64,000 nt of DNA from Eledone cirrhosa (Eukaryota). The notes below the pieces were generated by a model. The model was not told where the DNA came from. It made no database searches and was given only the letters and a program-made list of their open reading frames with translations. Location: assembly GCA_964016885.1 (NCBI GenBank), contig OZ024757.1:39494001-39558000 (forward strand), given 5' to 3'. The translations under genes and the position numbers were made by a program. Shown piece by piece: positions 47,463-63,423 of this stretch (positions are counted from its first letter, which is position 1; every line of letters begins with the position of its first letter).

Positions 47463-48972
47463 GCAACGTCGATTCCAAATATCAGAGCAGACATCAAGCT
47501 CCCGAGCATATGCCTCCATATATAAAGAAAGAATGTTGAACGAAATTCAAAATCCGACCTTTTTACTAGGTATCATATAAAGCCAGGTAAAAATTGAATG
47601 TAGTCCTTAAAATATGAACTATGTTACTTGCTATATTTTTACATGCAAGAAAGGTGAAACCAGTATAAATAGGCCAGAACCATTAATTACACTATTCCAC
47701 AAATACAACAGAGAAAGGTACATAAATAGATATGATAGGATTAGGTATTATTACTTCATGTCTACCTTTACCAATAGTTCTCTACCACTGAAACGAATCT
47801 ACCAGAAAATCCAGGAATATCTGCAGATATAATAACACAGAAATAAAAGTTACTTTTGATCGCATCAGATTAGCTAATTCAAGAATATATATATGTTTAT
47901 ATTGAACACGAATATAAGAAAAAAACTGGAAATATGGAAGCTGAACAAGAAACAACTACTAAAAAAAAACTAAAAATGTAATAAAAAATTGCAAAGACGA
48001 ACAGTAAAAGATTTAAATTTATAAATAATGAGAACGTACATCACGAAGCTATATAAAACACTAGCAGAAACAAGAAATGGAATATCTAATGATAATAATA
48101 ATAACAATAATAATAAAGATAATAACAATGAACAAAAAACAATGCAATTCCAGTATATTTAAAGAATATTGATAAACAAAAGCCAAACAAAATAATACTG
48201 ACGAAAATATGAGCAGAGAAGAATATGAGATAGCTTTTAACATTGAAAAGTTTAAATATGATAATAATCTAAAGATGAATATATTTTAAGAATACAAATC
48301 GATATAATATATTTCTATTGATAAACAAAGAATCCACTTCAGTTAAAAACAATATAAATAGAAAAAAAAAACAATTAAAAATACCAAATTTTTGTTCGTT
48401 CTTAGAATTGAAAAAAAATTTCGTTTGGAATTTAATATTGATTTTTAATGTAGGCACAAGACAAGTAGATTACGTTGTTCTTATAGACCCAGGTAGACAG
48501 AAAGACACTTTGTTGGAGGATTTGAACTCAGAATAAAATAGACAGAACATGCAATCGGCCTTTCTATCAGTTCTCCCAATCGACAACGCTGCTGTGTGGA
48601 CATTAATATTGGAAATATAAACCTAATAAGTTTAATTATTGTGCCACTCTGTTGATATTTCTCTTAAAATGTTCTTATTTTCCCCTTTATTCAGTATTAA
48701 CATTACACAGTTATCTATTCCACATTACATTCCTATATCATTGCTCACTGCTCGTAACGTTTAGACTAATGAAATGAGTTTAGTGCCTTCGTACGTTAAG
48801 CAACCAGTTTCAGATCATCCATAAAAAGCAAGTATTACTGACTTATGCTGGTAACATAATAGGCTTACCTTTCTAAGGGGTTAACTCTCAACAAATAGAG
48901 TAGACAATAAATAACTACACTTCCTCAGTGTGAGTGTGAGTCCATATCTAAATACACACACACAAACATATA

Positions 48973-49063
<91 letters not shown>

Positions 49064-49220
49064 AATATTCCTGGACCGGGCGATGCGTTATGCCCTTGAG
49101 CAAGACACTTTATTTCACGTTGCTCCTTCTACCTACAGTTGCGACCGATAGATAGTTTTAGCAATTGGAAAGACCAATGAAAACATTGTTTCCTCGGTCT
49201 GATTTGACGAAAGTCGATCG

Positions 49221-49263
<43 letters not shown>

Positions 49264-49837
49264 CATGTAAAAAGACATAAGTAACCATGCATATACATCA
49301 TACGCATGTATACACACATATGTGTAGGAAAGTACTAATATGTAAACACACGTGTAAGAAAATGCTTGTAAGAACATATGATGGCGTACTTTTCTTAAAA
49401 TGCTTACAATGTTCATCTAAAAATTGATTTTCATATGTCACAAACAATACATTGTAAACTGTTAACGCTAAATTGACATTTGTCGACAACCAAAAAATTA
49501 ATATGAAGCAATTACCTGTAGAGTTTCCTAATGAAATACGAAATAATATGTTTAGATAATCAATAGCATTTTGCATTTTTGCATGTAGTTATATCTCCTG
49601 CTCAGGATTACACACGCATACAGACACACACACACATACACACAGACACACACACACATACACACAGACACACATACACACATACACACACACATACACA
49701 CACATACACAGACACTCACAGATTCAACACACATTCTTATAGATATAAGTATGCATACATAAGTACTCTATATATACATCCATATGTTAACTCACTACTA
49801 TATATATATGCATATGAGGTTGACACACTACTTAGCC

Positions 49838-49875
<38 letters not shown>

Positions 49876-49878
<3 letters not shown>

Positions 49879-50034
49879 CTTAATGTATTGTAACCTCATG
49901 TTACAGTTGGTTCACAAACCTGAGCACTCAGTGCCCGATTGATTCAAATCGAACCTTAGGCCGATCGAGGGCGAAACGCGCGTCATACTTGAATAATCTT
50001 AATGATGATATTCTGACACCTTCCTGATTATTAA
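49876..50034 (-). mobile_element. Minimal insertion: tail on (-) joined to a hammerhead 3' half on (+)
   Basis: TGAGTGCTCA on the minus strand at ~49921-49930; CC GATCGA GG GC-GAAA-CGCGCG-TC at ~49961-49984. Confidence 0.5.
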
Positions 50035-50503
<469 letters not shown>

Positions 50504-52044
50504 ATATATATATATATATGTGTGTGTGTATATAAATATATATATATATTATATATATTGTGAGGGCAGACTCAGAGAAAGAAAAAGTGACGACGAAAAC
50601 CACAAACACTGCTCATCGCTGACAATGAGAAGAGCAGCCTTCCTAATGCTGTACAGAATCACAGTTGATTTATCATGTATAGGAATCAATGGACAAATGC
50701 TGTTCAGCCCAACAAATCTAAAATTTTTTCCTTGATAATACCAAGTTTTTCTTAAAACCATAACGTGACAATATATCACTTGTTACTCCCTTTCAATGTT
50801 AATCCTATCATCAGCAAATTCATGCCTAAGTTAATACGAATGAGAGAAAACTTCAATTTCAACTTTATTCGGGTTATTTTAAGATGAAATTAATAAATCA
50901 TCAGCTTAATTTGAAAATAAACGTAAATGTCTTTCAAAAAAGAAAACTATAATTACAGGAATGTTTAATATGGTAAAACATAAAAATGATAATTATATTT
51001 CATAAATCATGGCCAAAACTTAATGGTAAAACAGCAGAAACTAAGGCAATACATATATTATGTCTTGCATATCTTTGACATGCAAATCTATTTGTAGCCT
51101 TACGTGTGGGCAACGGTGTCAGAGAATAGGCCACTAAATCGATTAGTTTGTAAAAACATTTGGTTCTTGAAACTAGAAATAATGGAAAACACGCATCAGA
51201 ATCGATGATTACGACATTTATCTTAATGGAAGAGTTAACAGAAAATATGTGTAATGTAGCTTGAATTAGAATGATACAGCTCAACTCTATAGAAGTCAAG
51301 TGCATACAGAAGACATGTTTGATGTTAATATTTTATTATTATAATATATTATATATTTTATTTTTGTTTTTGTAAATGTAGTCAAAGAGGAATATCACTT
51401 CGGTGTTTTAGAAAGAGAGAGAGAGAGAGAGGATAAAAAAATTAATGTAGTATCTTGAAAGAGAGGAACAATTCTTTGTGTCTGTTCGTGAGCAATGATC
51501 GAAGAAGAATACTGCACATGGGCAATCATATTAAACATTTTTGTATGTGACAATACTTTTGGAGGAGATGAAGCTATTAACAAGAATATAGAAACTACAT
51601 GGTCAGTAAGCTGAAACTGGAGACTACATAAACACTTTTAAATCCATAAACTTCAAGAGGAATAAACGAGTAGCAATACTTTGTTTAGGAACTTAAATTG
51701 ATAAATTGTAGCTGTTGTTTTAGTTGTAATGGTAACGGATTCTAATTTTGGCACAAAGCCAGCAATTATTTATAAAAATATAAAGATATACTGAATTGAA
51801 ACGAAAACCAGACCAAATAGTGAATGTGCTTTACTATTTTTGGCAATAATCGGACAACATGATCCTCCCCATACATAACAATATCTGTTTCAACACACGA
51901 CTTCATATCACAAACCTTGCAAAACAAATACATCACCCGCATCTCTTCTTTATCATCTTTTTTTAATACTTTTTGCAGCATATATTTACGACCAATTATG
52001 TTCTGAATTCAAAACCTGCCGATGTCAATTATATTACATAATCG

Positions 52045-52440
52045 TTTCTAGTTTTGGCACAAGGCCAGCAATTATCTAGTACATTACTGGTACTTTATTT
52101 TATCAGCCCCGTAAGGATGAAAGGTAAAGTTAATCTCGGTGGGATTTGAACTCAGATCATAAAGGGCCGTAATTCTTTGCTGCAAAGCATGGCGTCCGAT
52201 CCTCTACCGATACTGCCAATCCACCGCCCTGGCGGTGGGTTGAAAGTATAGACAGAGCATAGAACAAAATGTTTTGCGACATATCATATTTACAGACGTT
52301 TATGTTCTGAGTTTAAATCCTGTCGAGGTTAGCTTAGCTTTTCAACTTAACGAGGTCAATAACATAAAGTACAAAAAATACACGGAGATCGATTTAATCG
52401 ACTTTCCCCTGTCTCTTAAATTTCCGGCCTTGTATCACAT
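52045..52440. mobile_element. Head-to-head SINE pair (- 52045-52230, + 52231-52440)
   Basis: Main SINE family in both orientations, joined at CCGCCCTGGCGG. Confidence 0.8.
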
Positions 52441-52993
52441 GCTTGCTAAACTTACAATCCTATGAATAGTAATATACTATGTTGTGGTATGAACGAAAAA
52501 AACAAAAAAACCCTGAATGAATAGGAAATAGATTTTACCAAAGCAAATAAAAAGATATCGAAATTTCTGGAAAAACAAATTTCTGAAAGTAAATATTATA
52601 GAAAGATTTGAGACTGCAAATAAATATAATTTACGATTTTTGTTACAGAAAGTACCACATAGTGTGAGAAATAATAGATTCGTTATTCATAACCATATGT
52701 GTGTTATATATGTAATATAATATAATATAGTATAATATAGCATAATATAATATACGTATATTGATGTACGTTAAAACGTATCTTTCATTAAATACGTATA
52801 TGGAATCGTGTATGTAAACATCTAGATATATTATGCTACGCAACGATGTGGCCTGTATTTTTATCAGTAAACAATTATTATATTTTGAAAAATATATTTA
52901 AATAATATATAGTGAAGTTCTTAAGATTTTGATAAATATACTTCATTTTTTATTCAAAGAATTATGTACTTAACACTTTTCATCAGATTAAAT

Positions 52994-53026
<33 letters not shown>

Positions 53027-53189
53027 AAGATACATACATTTGTTGATGAGCTGCGATATAGCTACAGTGAACCATAGTGTGTTTTGGGTCTTTCAACATC
53101 AACCAGAAAGGACCAGGGGCTGAATTGTGTCGCAAAGCCCAATTGGTCACGAACTTTGCTAACGAACTTTCGTAAGTTTCGTACGAAAG

Positions 53190-53292
53190 TTCTTCTTCTT
53201 CTTCTTCTTCTTCTTCTTCTTCTTCTTCTTCTTCTTCTTCTTCTTCTTCTTCTTCTTCTTCTTCTTCTTCTTCTTCTTCTTCTTCTTCTTCT
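53190..53292. repeat. (CTT)n microsatellite
   Basis: Directly visible. Confidence 0.97.
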
Positions 53293-54169
53293 CCACCTTC
53301 TCCTCCTCTTCCTCCATTTAATCCCCCTCCTTCATTCTTCATCCACTTCTTTTTCTTCTCCTTGCGTATGAGATTGTTGTCATGCACTAAATCAGAAAGC
53401 AGTTATCTGTATCCAGGACCCACTGCGAGGAGTCCAACAACTTGGACGCTGTTCAAAACCTCTATATGTCACCCCCAAATAAAACATATAAACAGTCTTT
53501 ATCTAAAAAAAAATTAAATTAAATTAAAAATAGATTTTAATCAGGTTATGGACTACATGCAACAAAACACTTCTATTCGCTTAAAAGTGTATATTCGAGT
53601 AAACGAATGAAACGATAGGATACCGGAAGTGGACTGAAGGTATTTGAACGATTAAAATGACGCATTCTCCGACAGAATAAGAACCTACAAACATTTTGCT
53701 AGTAGCACGAAACTTCTTAATTTTATATTCTAGTTTTGCTAGAAGGTGAAGTAGAGAAGCATGATTGGTTTTCCAAGTAACACTTTATAAATTCCATCAT
53801 GAAGACATCTCCAGGGAATATGAAGAAAGAAATAATAAATATTTACGCTATTAACACTATAATCGCGCCAACATGGCCGCAGTACTTCATGTTTGATAAA
53901 TAGGTATTTTTGATGGGGTTAATTTTCATTCGTCGACGCCATTCCATTTATCCATTTACCCATGTGTGTAAGTTTAGTTAGTTTCACAATGCTTTTAGTC
54001 CATCGAGGATATGGTGTTAAAAGCTAATAGCCATCTTTGAATCAACAGAAGACATTAATTATGCATATATATATATATATATATAATATGCATATAAATG
54101 TTTGTATATAAACATATAGAATGCACTCTCGGTGACTGCATATATAAACATACATATAAATATCCATGT

Positions 54170-54202
<33 letters not shown>

Positions 54203-54280
54203 CGTACACATATGCACATATATATAGATATAGATATATATATGTATGTATACATATATATAAAAACACGTACACATATG

Positions 54281-54331
<51 letters not shown>

Positions 54332-54703
54332 GTACACATATGCACATATATATAGATGTATATATATGTATGTATACATATATATTAATACATATTTAAT
54401 GTATGTATATGTGTGTATAGACAATAGAAAGTTGATGTTTCTATATTCTTTGGGGTTTTCTGTGGTGCTAGAGTAAAGTTGGTGAAGGAAGAAACAATAA
54501 AAGCATAATATACAGAAAGAAAGAGAGAGAAAGATAGAGAGAGGGAGCTAGATAGAGAAAGAGAGATAGAGATAGAGAGAGGCAGAGAGATGAATAGAAA
54601 GAGAGAGTGACGGACAGAGGGGGCTAGATAGAGAAATAGAGACAGATAGAGAGATATATATAGAGAGATGAATAGAGAGAGAGACAGATAGAGAGAGAGA
54701 GAG

Positions 54704-54784
<81 letters not shown>

Positions 54785-54864
54785 AGACAGCGAGATACAG
54801 ATGGAGACTTGGAGATTCTGGTGAGAGAATTACAGACTAAACATAATGATTAGATCAAATGATA

Positions 54865-55640
54865 ATAACAACAACAGTAATAACAACAATAACAACAACT
54901 ATAATAACAACACTAATAACAACAATAATAACAACAACAATAATAACAACAATAAGAGCAACAACAACAACAAGACTTAAACCACGGTACACTTAAACTA
55001 ATGCATTCTCACGCCTCTCTATATGCTGTGATATAGTGTGACTAAAAGACAAACAGTACTTGGAAAATAACAAAGAAAGAAATACAAGGAAACAACGAGA
55101 CTGACAGTCATCAATTTCAAATTCACCACCATCGCTACCATCACCACCACCACCAATACCACCACAGTCAACACTAATACAACCACCAATACCAGCAGTA
55201 CCACCACACCAACACTAATATCATCACCACCAGTACCACCAACAATACCTCCACCACCATCACCACCAATACCAACACCACTATCATCGACACCACCACC
55301 ACCACCAGTACCAGCACAGTCAACAATAATACCACCACCACCATCACCACAAATATCACCACCACCACCACCACCACCAACACCAACACCACCACTACAA
55401 CCAACACCACCACTACAACCAACACCAACACCACCAATACCAACACCACCACTACAACCAACACCAACACCACCACTACAACCAACACCACCACTACAAC
55501 CAACACCAACACCACCAACACCAACACCACCACCAACACCACCACTACAACCAACACCACCACTACAACCAACACCACCACTACAACCAACACCACCACT
55601 ACAACCAACACCACCAACACGACCACAGCAAGCACAAACA
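54865..55640. repeat. (AAC)n and (ACC/AAC)n low-complexity tracts with an 18-24 bp higher-order unit
   Basis: CCAACACCACCACTACAA is repeated across 55380-55610. Confidence 0.9.
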
Positions 55641-55938
55641 TCAAGATTTTTCTTTATATTAAAAATAAAAATATTACAATAAAACGCAAATGAAAATTCT
55701 AGAAAACAAAAGCAAATTGTTGTATTGGAGTATAAGGAGAGGTGAAGGGGATAGGAGGAGGAGTTGTGTCATTAAAGAAGAAATAAGATAACAGATATAT
55801 ATAAACAATACAAATATACATTCAAATATGTACGTCTATATATATATACATGTAAGTATGTGTGTGCGCTTGTTATATACGTATTTATTTATTTATATAC
55901 GTTTATTTAATTATATATATACACGCACACACACACGC

Positions 55939-55971
<33 letters not shown>

Positions 55972-56312
55972 TATATATATAGATATATATATATATATAC
56001 ATATATATGAAGTGTTTCCGTAGAGTAGGTAAAGAAAAAGAGTGCTCTATGTAGGCTACAGAGTTTTTAGTTATGTAATAAACAACATAAGATAATTATT
56101 TCATTTACCAAAGGTTTCACGAAGACAGATGAGCCTGGTAAAGGCGTCTATAACTATATATATGTGTATGTGTGTGTGTGTATGTAAGTATATATGTATA
56201 TATGTATGTATATGTGCATGTATGTATGTATGTATATATGTATGTTTGTTTGTTTGTAAGTATGCATGTATGTCTATATGAATGTATATATATTTTTATG
56301 TACGTCTGTTTG

Positions 56313-56372
<60 letters not shown>

Positions 56373-56384
56373 AAATTCTAATTT

Positions 56385-56523
56385 AGTCCAGAAATAGCCG
56401 TCGAAACGGCTTGAGCTCTGCCCTCGGTGTCATACTTTTTCCTATTTCCCACTCTACTACCCTAAGTATTGAGTACTCTAATGCGTTATGGTGCATCTGG
56501 TTCCTTACCACAACTCCTTTGTT
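56385..56523 (+). mobile_element. Hammerhead-half family copy
   Basis: GAAATAGCCGTCGAAACGGCTTGAGCTCTGCC...ACTCTACTACCCTAAGTATTGAGTACT. Confidence 0.8.
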
Positions 56524-56844
56524 ATATATATATATATGTTTGTGTCTGGCTCTTGCTCTCTCTTTCTGAAAGTGAGAAATCTCGAGCGTCGCTTCATTCG
56601 AATCTTTCCAAATATTTGTAATGTAATTTTTTTCAGAGAACTTCACTGAACTAACTCATTACTATACTATTGTTGGTCTGTTTTTCTAACTGTTCAAGTC
56701 CTGTTTTTCTCCACTTCCTATTCCGCCTGGATATATCCATGATTATGTTTGTCTTCTCTTTCCTTCTTTCTTTCTTCAGTGTTCATTCGAGTCATTAATT
56801 AATTTCGAAAACAAATGCAGAAAATAAAAATACAAACAAAATAA

Positions 56845-57343
56845 TAATTTTTATTATTATTTTTGTTCTTTGAGTCTCAGTCATTGATGTTAGTTAACTG
56901 GAAAGTTTGTTGAAATGAATATCAAGCCACTACCTGCAGCCTCAGATATTCAGGACGTATCGGAGGGTTCTTGCTGTTCCCAGCAAGCATGCCTTTTGAA
57001 GTGTTCCAAAAAGTGGGGCGGGGCCAATTTTCTTTAACCATCCCTGGAAACTTTTTGAGATAGTACCTAGTGCGCCTATGATAATCGGGACCACTTTGAC
57101 TTCATGGCAGTTCCAAATCCTTTTTACCTCCCACTTTAAGTCCTGGTATCGGTTAATTTTCTCCCTCTCCTTCTCTTGCACTCTCGTGTCGAATGTGGGC
57201 AGGCCACATCCACAATAAGGCACGATCTTTTTTCCTTGTCCAAAACCACCAGGTCAGGTCTATTGTGTTCCAGTTTCTTGTCCGTCTGTATCTTAAAATC
57301 CTTCACCTGATCGTTTTCTATTACCGACTCTGGTTTATGCTCA
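56845..57343 (-). pseudogene. R4/Dong-clade non-LTR retrotransposon 3' fragment: restriction-like endonuclease domain, frameshifted
   Basis: EHKPESVIEND..DFKIQTDKKLEHNRPDLVVLDKEKRSCLIVDVACP / FDTRVQEKEREKINRYQDL...VVPIIIGALG...LQKACLLGTARTLRYVL*: a PD-(D/E)xK-type RLE motif set. (TAA)n at both junctions. Confidence 0.9.
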
Positions 57344-57364
57344 TTATTATTATCATTATTATAA

Positions 57365-57682
57365 GGGCGGTGGATTGGCAGTATCGGTAGAGGGTCAGAG
57401 GCCATGCTTTTCAGCAAAGAGTTACGGCCCTTTATGATCTGAGTTCAAATCCCGCCGAGGTTTAACTTTGCCTTTCATCCTTACGGGGTCGATAAAATAA
57501 AGTACCAGTAATGCACTGGTTAATTGCTGGCCTTGTGCCTAAAGTAGAAACAATTATTATTATCATTATTCAAATCCCGCCGAGGTTAACTTTGCCTTTC
57601 ATCCTTACGGGGTCGATAAAATAAAGTACCAGTAATACAGTGGGATAATTGGTGGCCTTGTGCCAAAAGTAGAAACAATTAT
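57365..57682 (+). mobile_element. Full-length plus truncated SINE in tandem
   Basis: GGGCGGTGGATTGGCAGTATCGGTAGAG...GAGTTCAAATCCCGCCGAGG...CCTTTCATCCTTACGGGGTCGATAAAATAAAGTACC; the central part resembles the Meta-SINE-type domain. Confidence 0.9.
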
Positions 57683-57918
57683 TATTATCATTATTATTAT
57701 TATTATTATCTTTATTATTATTATTATTATTTTAACTTTTCTTCCTATTTCATTCCAAGTGAAATGTTTCGTTTTTTTTAATTTTGTATGTTAGTCTTTA
57801 TTTGTTTCTGTTCATTATTCAGATTTCGTTTTCATTAATGTTTAAGTCGCAAATGTTTCTTTGAAATATGCATTCATTATACTTATACTTATACACAAGA
57901 CACACGCACACACACACA

Positions 57919-57987
<69 letters not shown>

Positions 57988-58023
57988 ATATATATATACA
58001 TATATATATTCATATATATATAC

Positions 58024-58081
<58 letters not shown>

Positions 58082-58324
58082 GCAACTGTAAACACACACG
58101 CATAAATATATGTTCACTAACGCAAGTATATATATATACAAACACATAAATGTTGAGACATTCATAAAAGGTTGACATTTGGTTTCCAGGTACTTTGTTC
58201 AATGAAAGACTAGTGTTCGAAACGTTAAGACTCATATATTTCTAAAGCAACACTAACATACAGTCATGAGTTGTTCTTTAGAGAAATTGTTCATGATTCT
58301 ACTCTCAATACAATATATATATAT

Positions 58325-59365
58325 CATTTGTTTGTTAAACTATTCAAATTAAACTAATTCAACAGTTAAACACACATAGGAGTAATAGGGTCGTTACCAA
58401 AGAGCCAGAAGATTAACAAGTCGACCCTAAATATGACTAATAGCTCTAGGAAAGCCATGAACGAAACCATATATTTTAAAATTTGATAGGTTTATAATTA
58501 TTAATTTTCATTATACTTTTATAGCTGTCTCAGCGGCCTAGTTGGTAGAATCCTAGACTGTGCTGTTGTTCGATCCTAGTCGGGAGTAGGGCTCCCGGTA
58601 AACCTTTTCAGTTTTTTTTTTCTATGAAATTTAAAATAAAAACTGAAAAATTCTACATGTTCCTCTCGACCAGGATTGAACCTAAGACCAAGAACTCCAC
58701 AGTATCTAGTATCTACCACCAGACTACTGAGACAACTACAAAACTCTATTAGAAATTCATACTTATAAACCTACTTTCAAAATTGTCAAAACAAAATGAT
58801 GCTTTGTCGTTCATGTCTTTGGGTGTTCCATAAACTACATCCTAGTTTTTTTTTTCTCATCTATCTAGACTATATTTTAACTTGCAGTCAATGTTACATT
58901 TCTGTTGCACCATCTTATTAACTTTGGTTTTGAAAGTAGGTTTATAATAATTAATTTTAATTATACTTTTGTAGCTGTCTCGGTCGCGTAGTTGGAGGAG
59001 TGATAGACGGTGGTGATGCTGGTCTGAAGTTCGATCCTGGTCGGGAGTAGGGCTCGAGGTAAACATTTTCAGTTTTTTTTTTCTATGGAATGTAAAATAA
59101 AAACTGAAAAATTGTACATGTTCCTCTCGATCAGGATTGAACCCAAGACCAGGATCTCCACCGTCTGTACTGAAACTGATGCTTATAAACCTCCTTTCAA
59201 AATGTTCAATACAAAATCATGTGGTGTCGTTCATGTCTTTCTTAATGTTATTGCTCCTATTTAGGGTCGACTTCTAAATCATTTGGGTGTTCCATAAAAT
59301 ACATCCTCGTTTTGTTTCTCATCTATCTTGACTATATTTCAATATTTCAACCTGTAATCCATATT
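58325..59365. mobile_element. Two partial tandem copies of the 200-815 repeat, inverted relative to it
   Basis: For example GTTACCAAAGAGCCAGAAGATTAACAAGTCGACCCTAAATATGA is the reverse complement of ~709-752. Confidence 0.8.
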
Positions 59366-59396
59366 TTATATCTGCTACACCTCATATGTCCCTCTC

Positions 59397-59462
<66 letters not shown>

Positions 59463-59695
59463 TCTCGCTTTCTCTCTCTGTGATATTTGAATCTACTATG
59501 ATATGGGCAAATTTAAATAAATATTCTATAAATATTCAATAAATATATTTATCTCTACTTCCGCCGAGAATTAACAGCTAATGAAAGAGTTAAACACAGA
59601 GAAACACGTGTTCATCTATGATTCCAGACATAAACTATATATTTCAAATAGTGACATCACACTTCATTATTCGTGTCATTGTTCAGAGCAAAATA

Positions 59696-60650
<955 letters not shown>

Positions 60651-61136
60651 TGGAATGAGTTATGTTTAACACAGTGAATTAAATATGGTGCCATTTTGTA
60701 AACTATTAATTGGTTGTTTAATATTTCCCGTAGAGATTCCCATTGATAAATTATATTACTTTCGTTAATAGAAATTATTGATAAATTTAAGAATATATTG
60801 TTGAATTAATGCAGACAATTATTAGTATTATCATTTCTTTTCATAATCATTCGGACGTCTAGCAGAGCAGAGCTTATCTCGCGTTGTTTCTAGAATACCG
60901 TGAGAATAGTGAAAGGAAGTAACATACAATAGAACAACAAGCTTTTTATTGATAACATTGACAGATAGAAAGAGACAGAGAGACAAGAGTGGGACTTAGA
61001 AACAGATAAATAGACATACAGACAGACAAGAGTGGGACTTAGAAACAGATAAATAGACATACAGACAGACACCTCGGAAACTCGAAGGTAATGATTTTCC
61101 TATCAATTGTGTGTTTTCATTAACGGCTACAATATC

Positions 61137-61295
<159 letters not shown>

Positions 61296-61440
61296 CTTGT
61301 GTGTGTGTGTGTGTGTATAGCTTGTAAGGCTTTAGTAATTGTCCATCTATTATGTGGGCATGTATGTGTGTTCGTACAAATGCATATGTACGTAATTTCA
61401 CATACAAACATACGCTTTTACATACTTACATACATACATA

Positions 61441-61836
<396 letters not shown>

Positions 61837-62193
61837 ATACTTTGGGAGTATATATGTATATATATAGAGAGAGATAGAGAGATAGATAGATACAAGTATA
61901 CACATACATTCATACGCATACAGAGAGAGAGAGAGGGGGGAGAGGGAGTGACAGAGAGCGGGAGAGCGAGGGATGTATATATATATCGGCTAGAAAGTAG
62001 ATTCAATAGATTATACGATTTATTAATGTGTTGGTAGCTTCCAAATTTTGCTTATTTTCTTTCATAGTTACACAATAAAACCGAACTATTGAAATAAATG
62101 TTTCTTTGGCAGTGTAGTTTAAACTCAACAATATCTATAAAATATCGGAACATATGAAAATGTCACAAAATACCCATGAGTGTGCTGGTGTGA

Positions 62194-62243
<50 letters not shown>

Positions 62244-62269
62244 TCACACCAATTCCGATGGAATTACTT

Positions 62270-62329
<60 letters not shown>

Positions 62330-62374
62330 TATAGTTTGTGTTTTCTTCTCATATTTATACGAACATATATGTTG

Positions 62375-62429
<55 letters not shown>

Positions 62430-62431
62430 GG

Positions 62432-62478
<47 letters not shown>

Positions 62479-62483
<5 letters not shown>

Positions 62484-63087
62484 GGAATAGAATGAAACGA
62501 AATTTCATTTCTCACTCTTAGTACGGCACTTACTTAAATGTAAGTATATATGTATACGTACATACATATATGTATACAGACGTACAGTAGTATGTATATA
62601 TATACATATATGCACACATATATATATGCACGTACTGTGCCGTAAGTAAGTGCCGTATTAAGAGTGAGAAATGAAATTTCGTTTCATTCTATTCCATTTA
62701 CCGTTTTCGGTATGCCCGGCCGACTGAACTCACTCGATATGCAAATTAGGCTGCTCACCCGTTAATATGCATAAGGAAAGTATACACTTTCAGACGTTCA
62801 ACCATCTGGCAGGAAGGTATACGATTCTGACGATAGCTAATAAGCTTGAAACTAGTAGATCGTTCCTGTGTCAGTGTTGAACAAAAAGGTGACGTGGTTG
62901 CCTAAACACTGTACGGCGTAATTCGGGCTGTTTGTTTGTTTACAAACAAACAAACCGAGCATTATAATAAATGTTCGGTAAAACCGATACGTGCATATAT
63001 ATATGTGTGAATGTATATATATATATATATATACATACTACTGTACGTCTGTATACATATATGTATGTACGTATACATACATACATA

Positions 63088-63092
<5 letters not shown>
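62479..63092 (+). mobile_element. Retrozyme-like element, ~450 bp monomer with an inverted arm spanning the end-to-start junction
   Basis: The reverse complement of 62479-62634 equals 62988-63091 followed by 62643-62700. Confidence 0.85.
62821..62863 (+). ncRNA. Minimal type I hammerhead ribozyme
   Basis: ACGATT-CTGACGA-T AGC TAATAA GCT T-GAAA-CTAG-TA-GATCGT; GUA site. Confidence 0.8.
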
Positions 63093-63162
<70 letters not shown>

Positions 63163-63373
63163 ATATATATATATATAGATATAGATATATATATATAAAC
63201 ATATATATATATATAGATATAGATATATAGATATACATATTCATAATACATATATATATATATATATACATATATATATGCACATATATATACATATATA
63301 TATAGTGTTTTATTATATATATATATATACACATATTCATACACACATATATATACATATATATGCAGTGTTT

Positions 63374-63423
<50 letters not shown>

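Noticed and set aside
50780-50818. CTGATGA...GAAA on the minus strand
   Set aside because: No convincing stem II or helix III; probably a chance match.
51766-51981. 71 aa ORF with a CxxC motif
   Set aside because: It is the antisense reading of a copy of the 32334-32796 non-coding repeat family.
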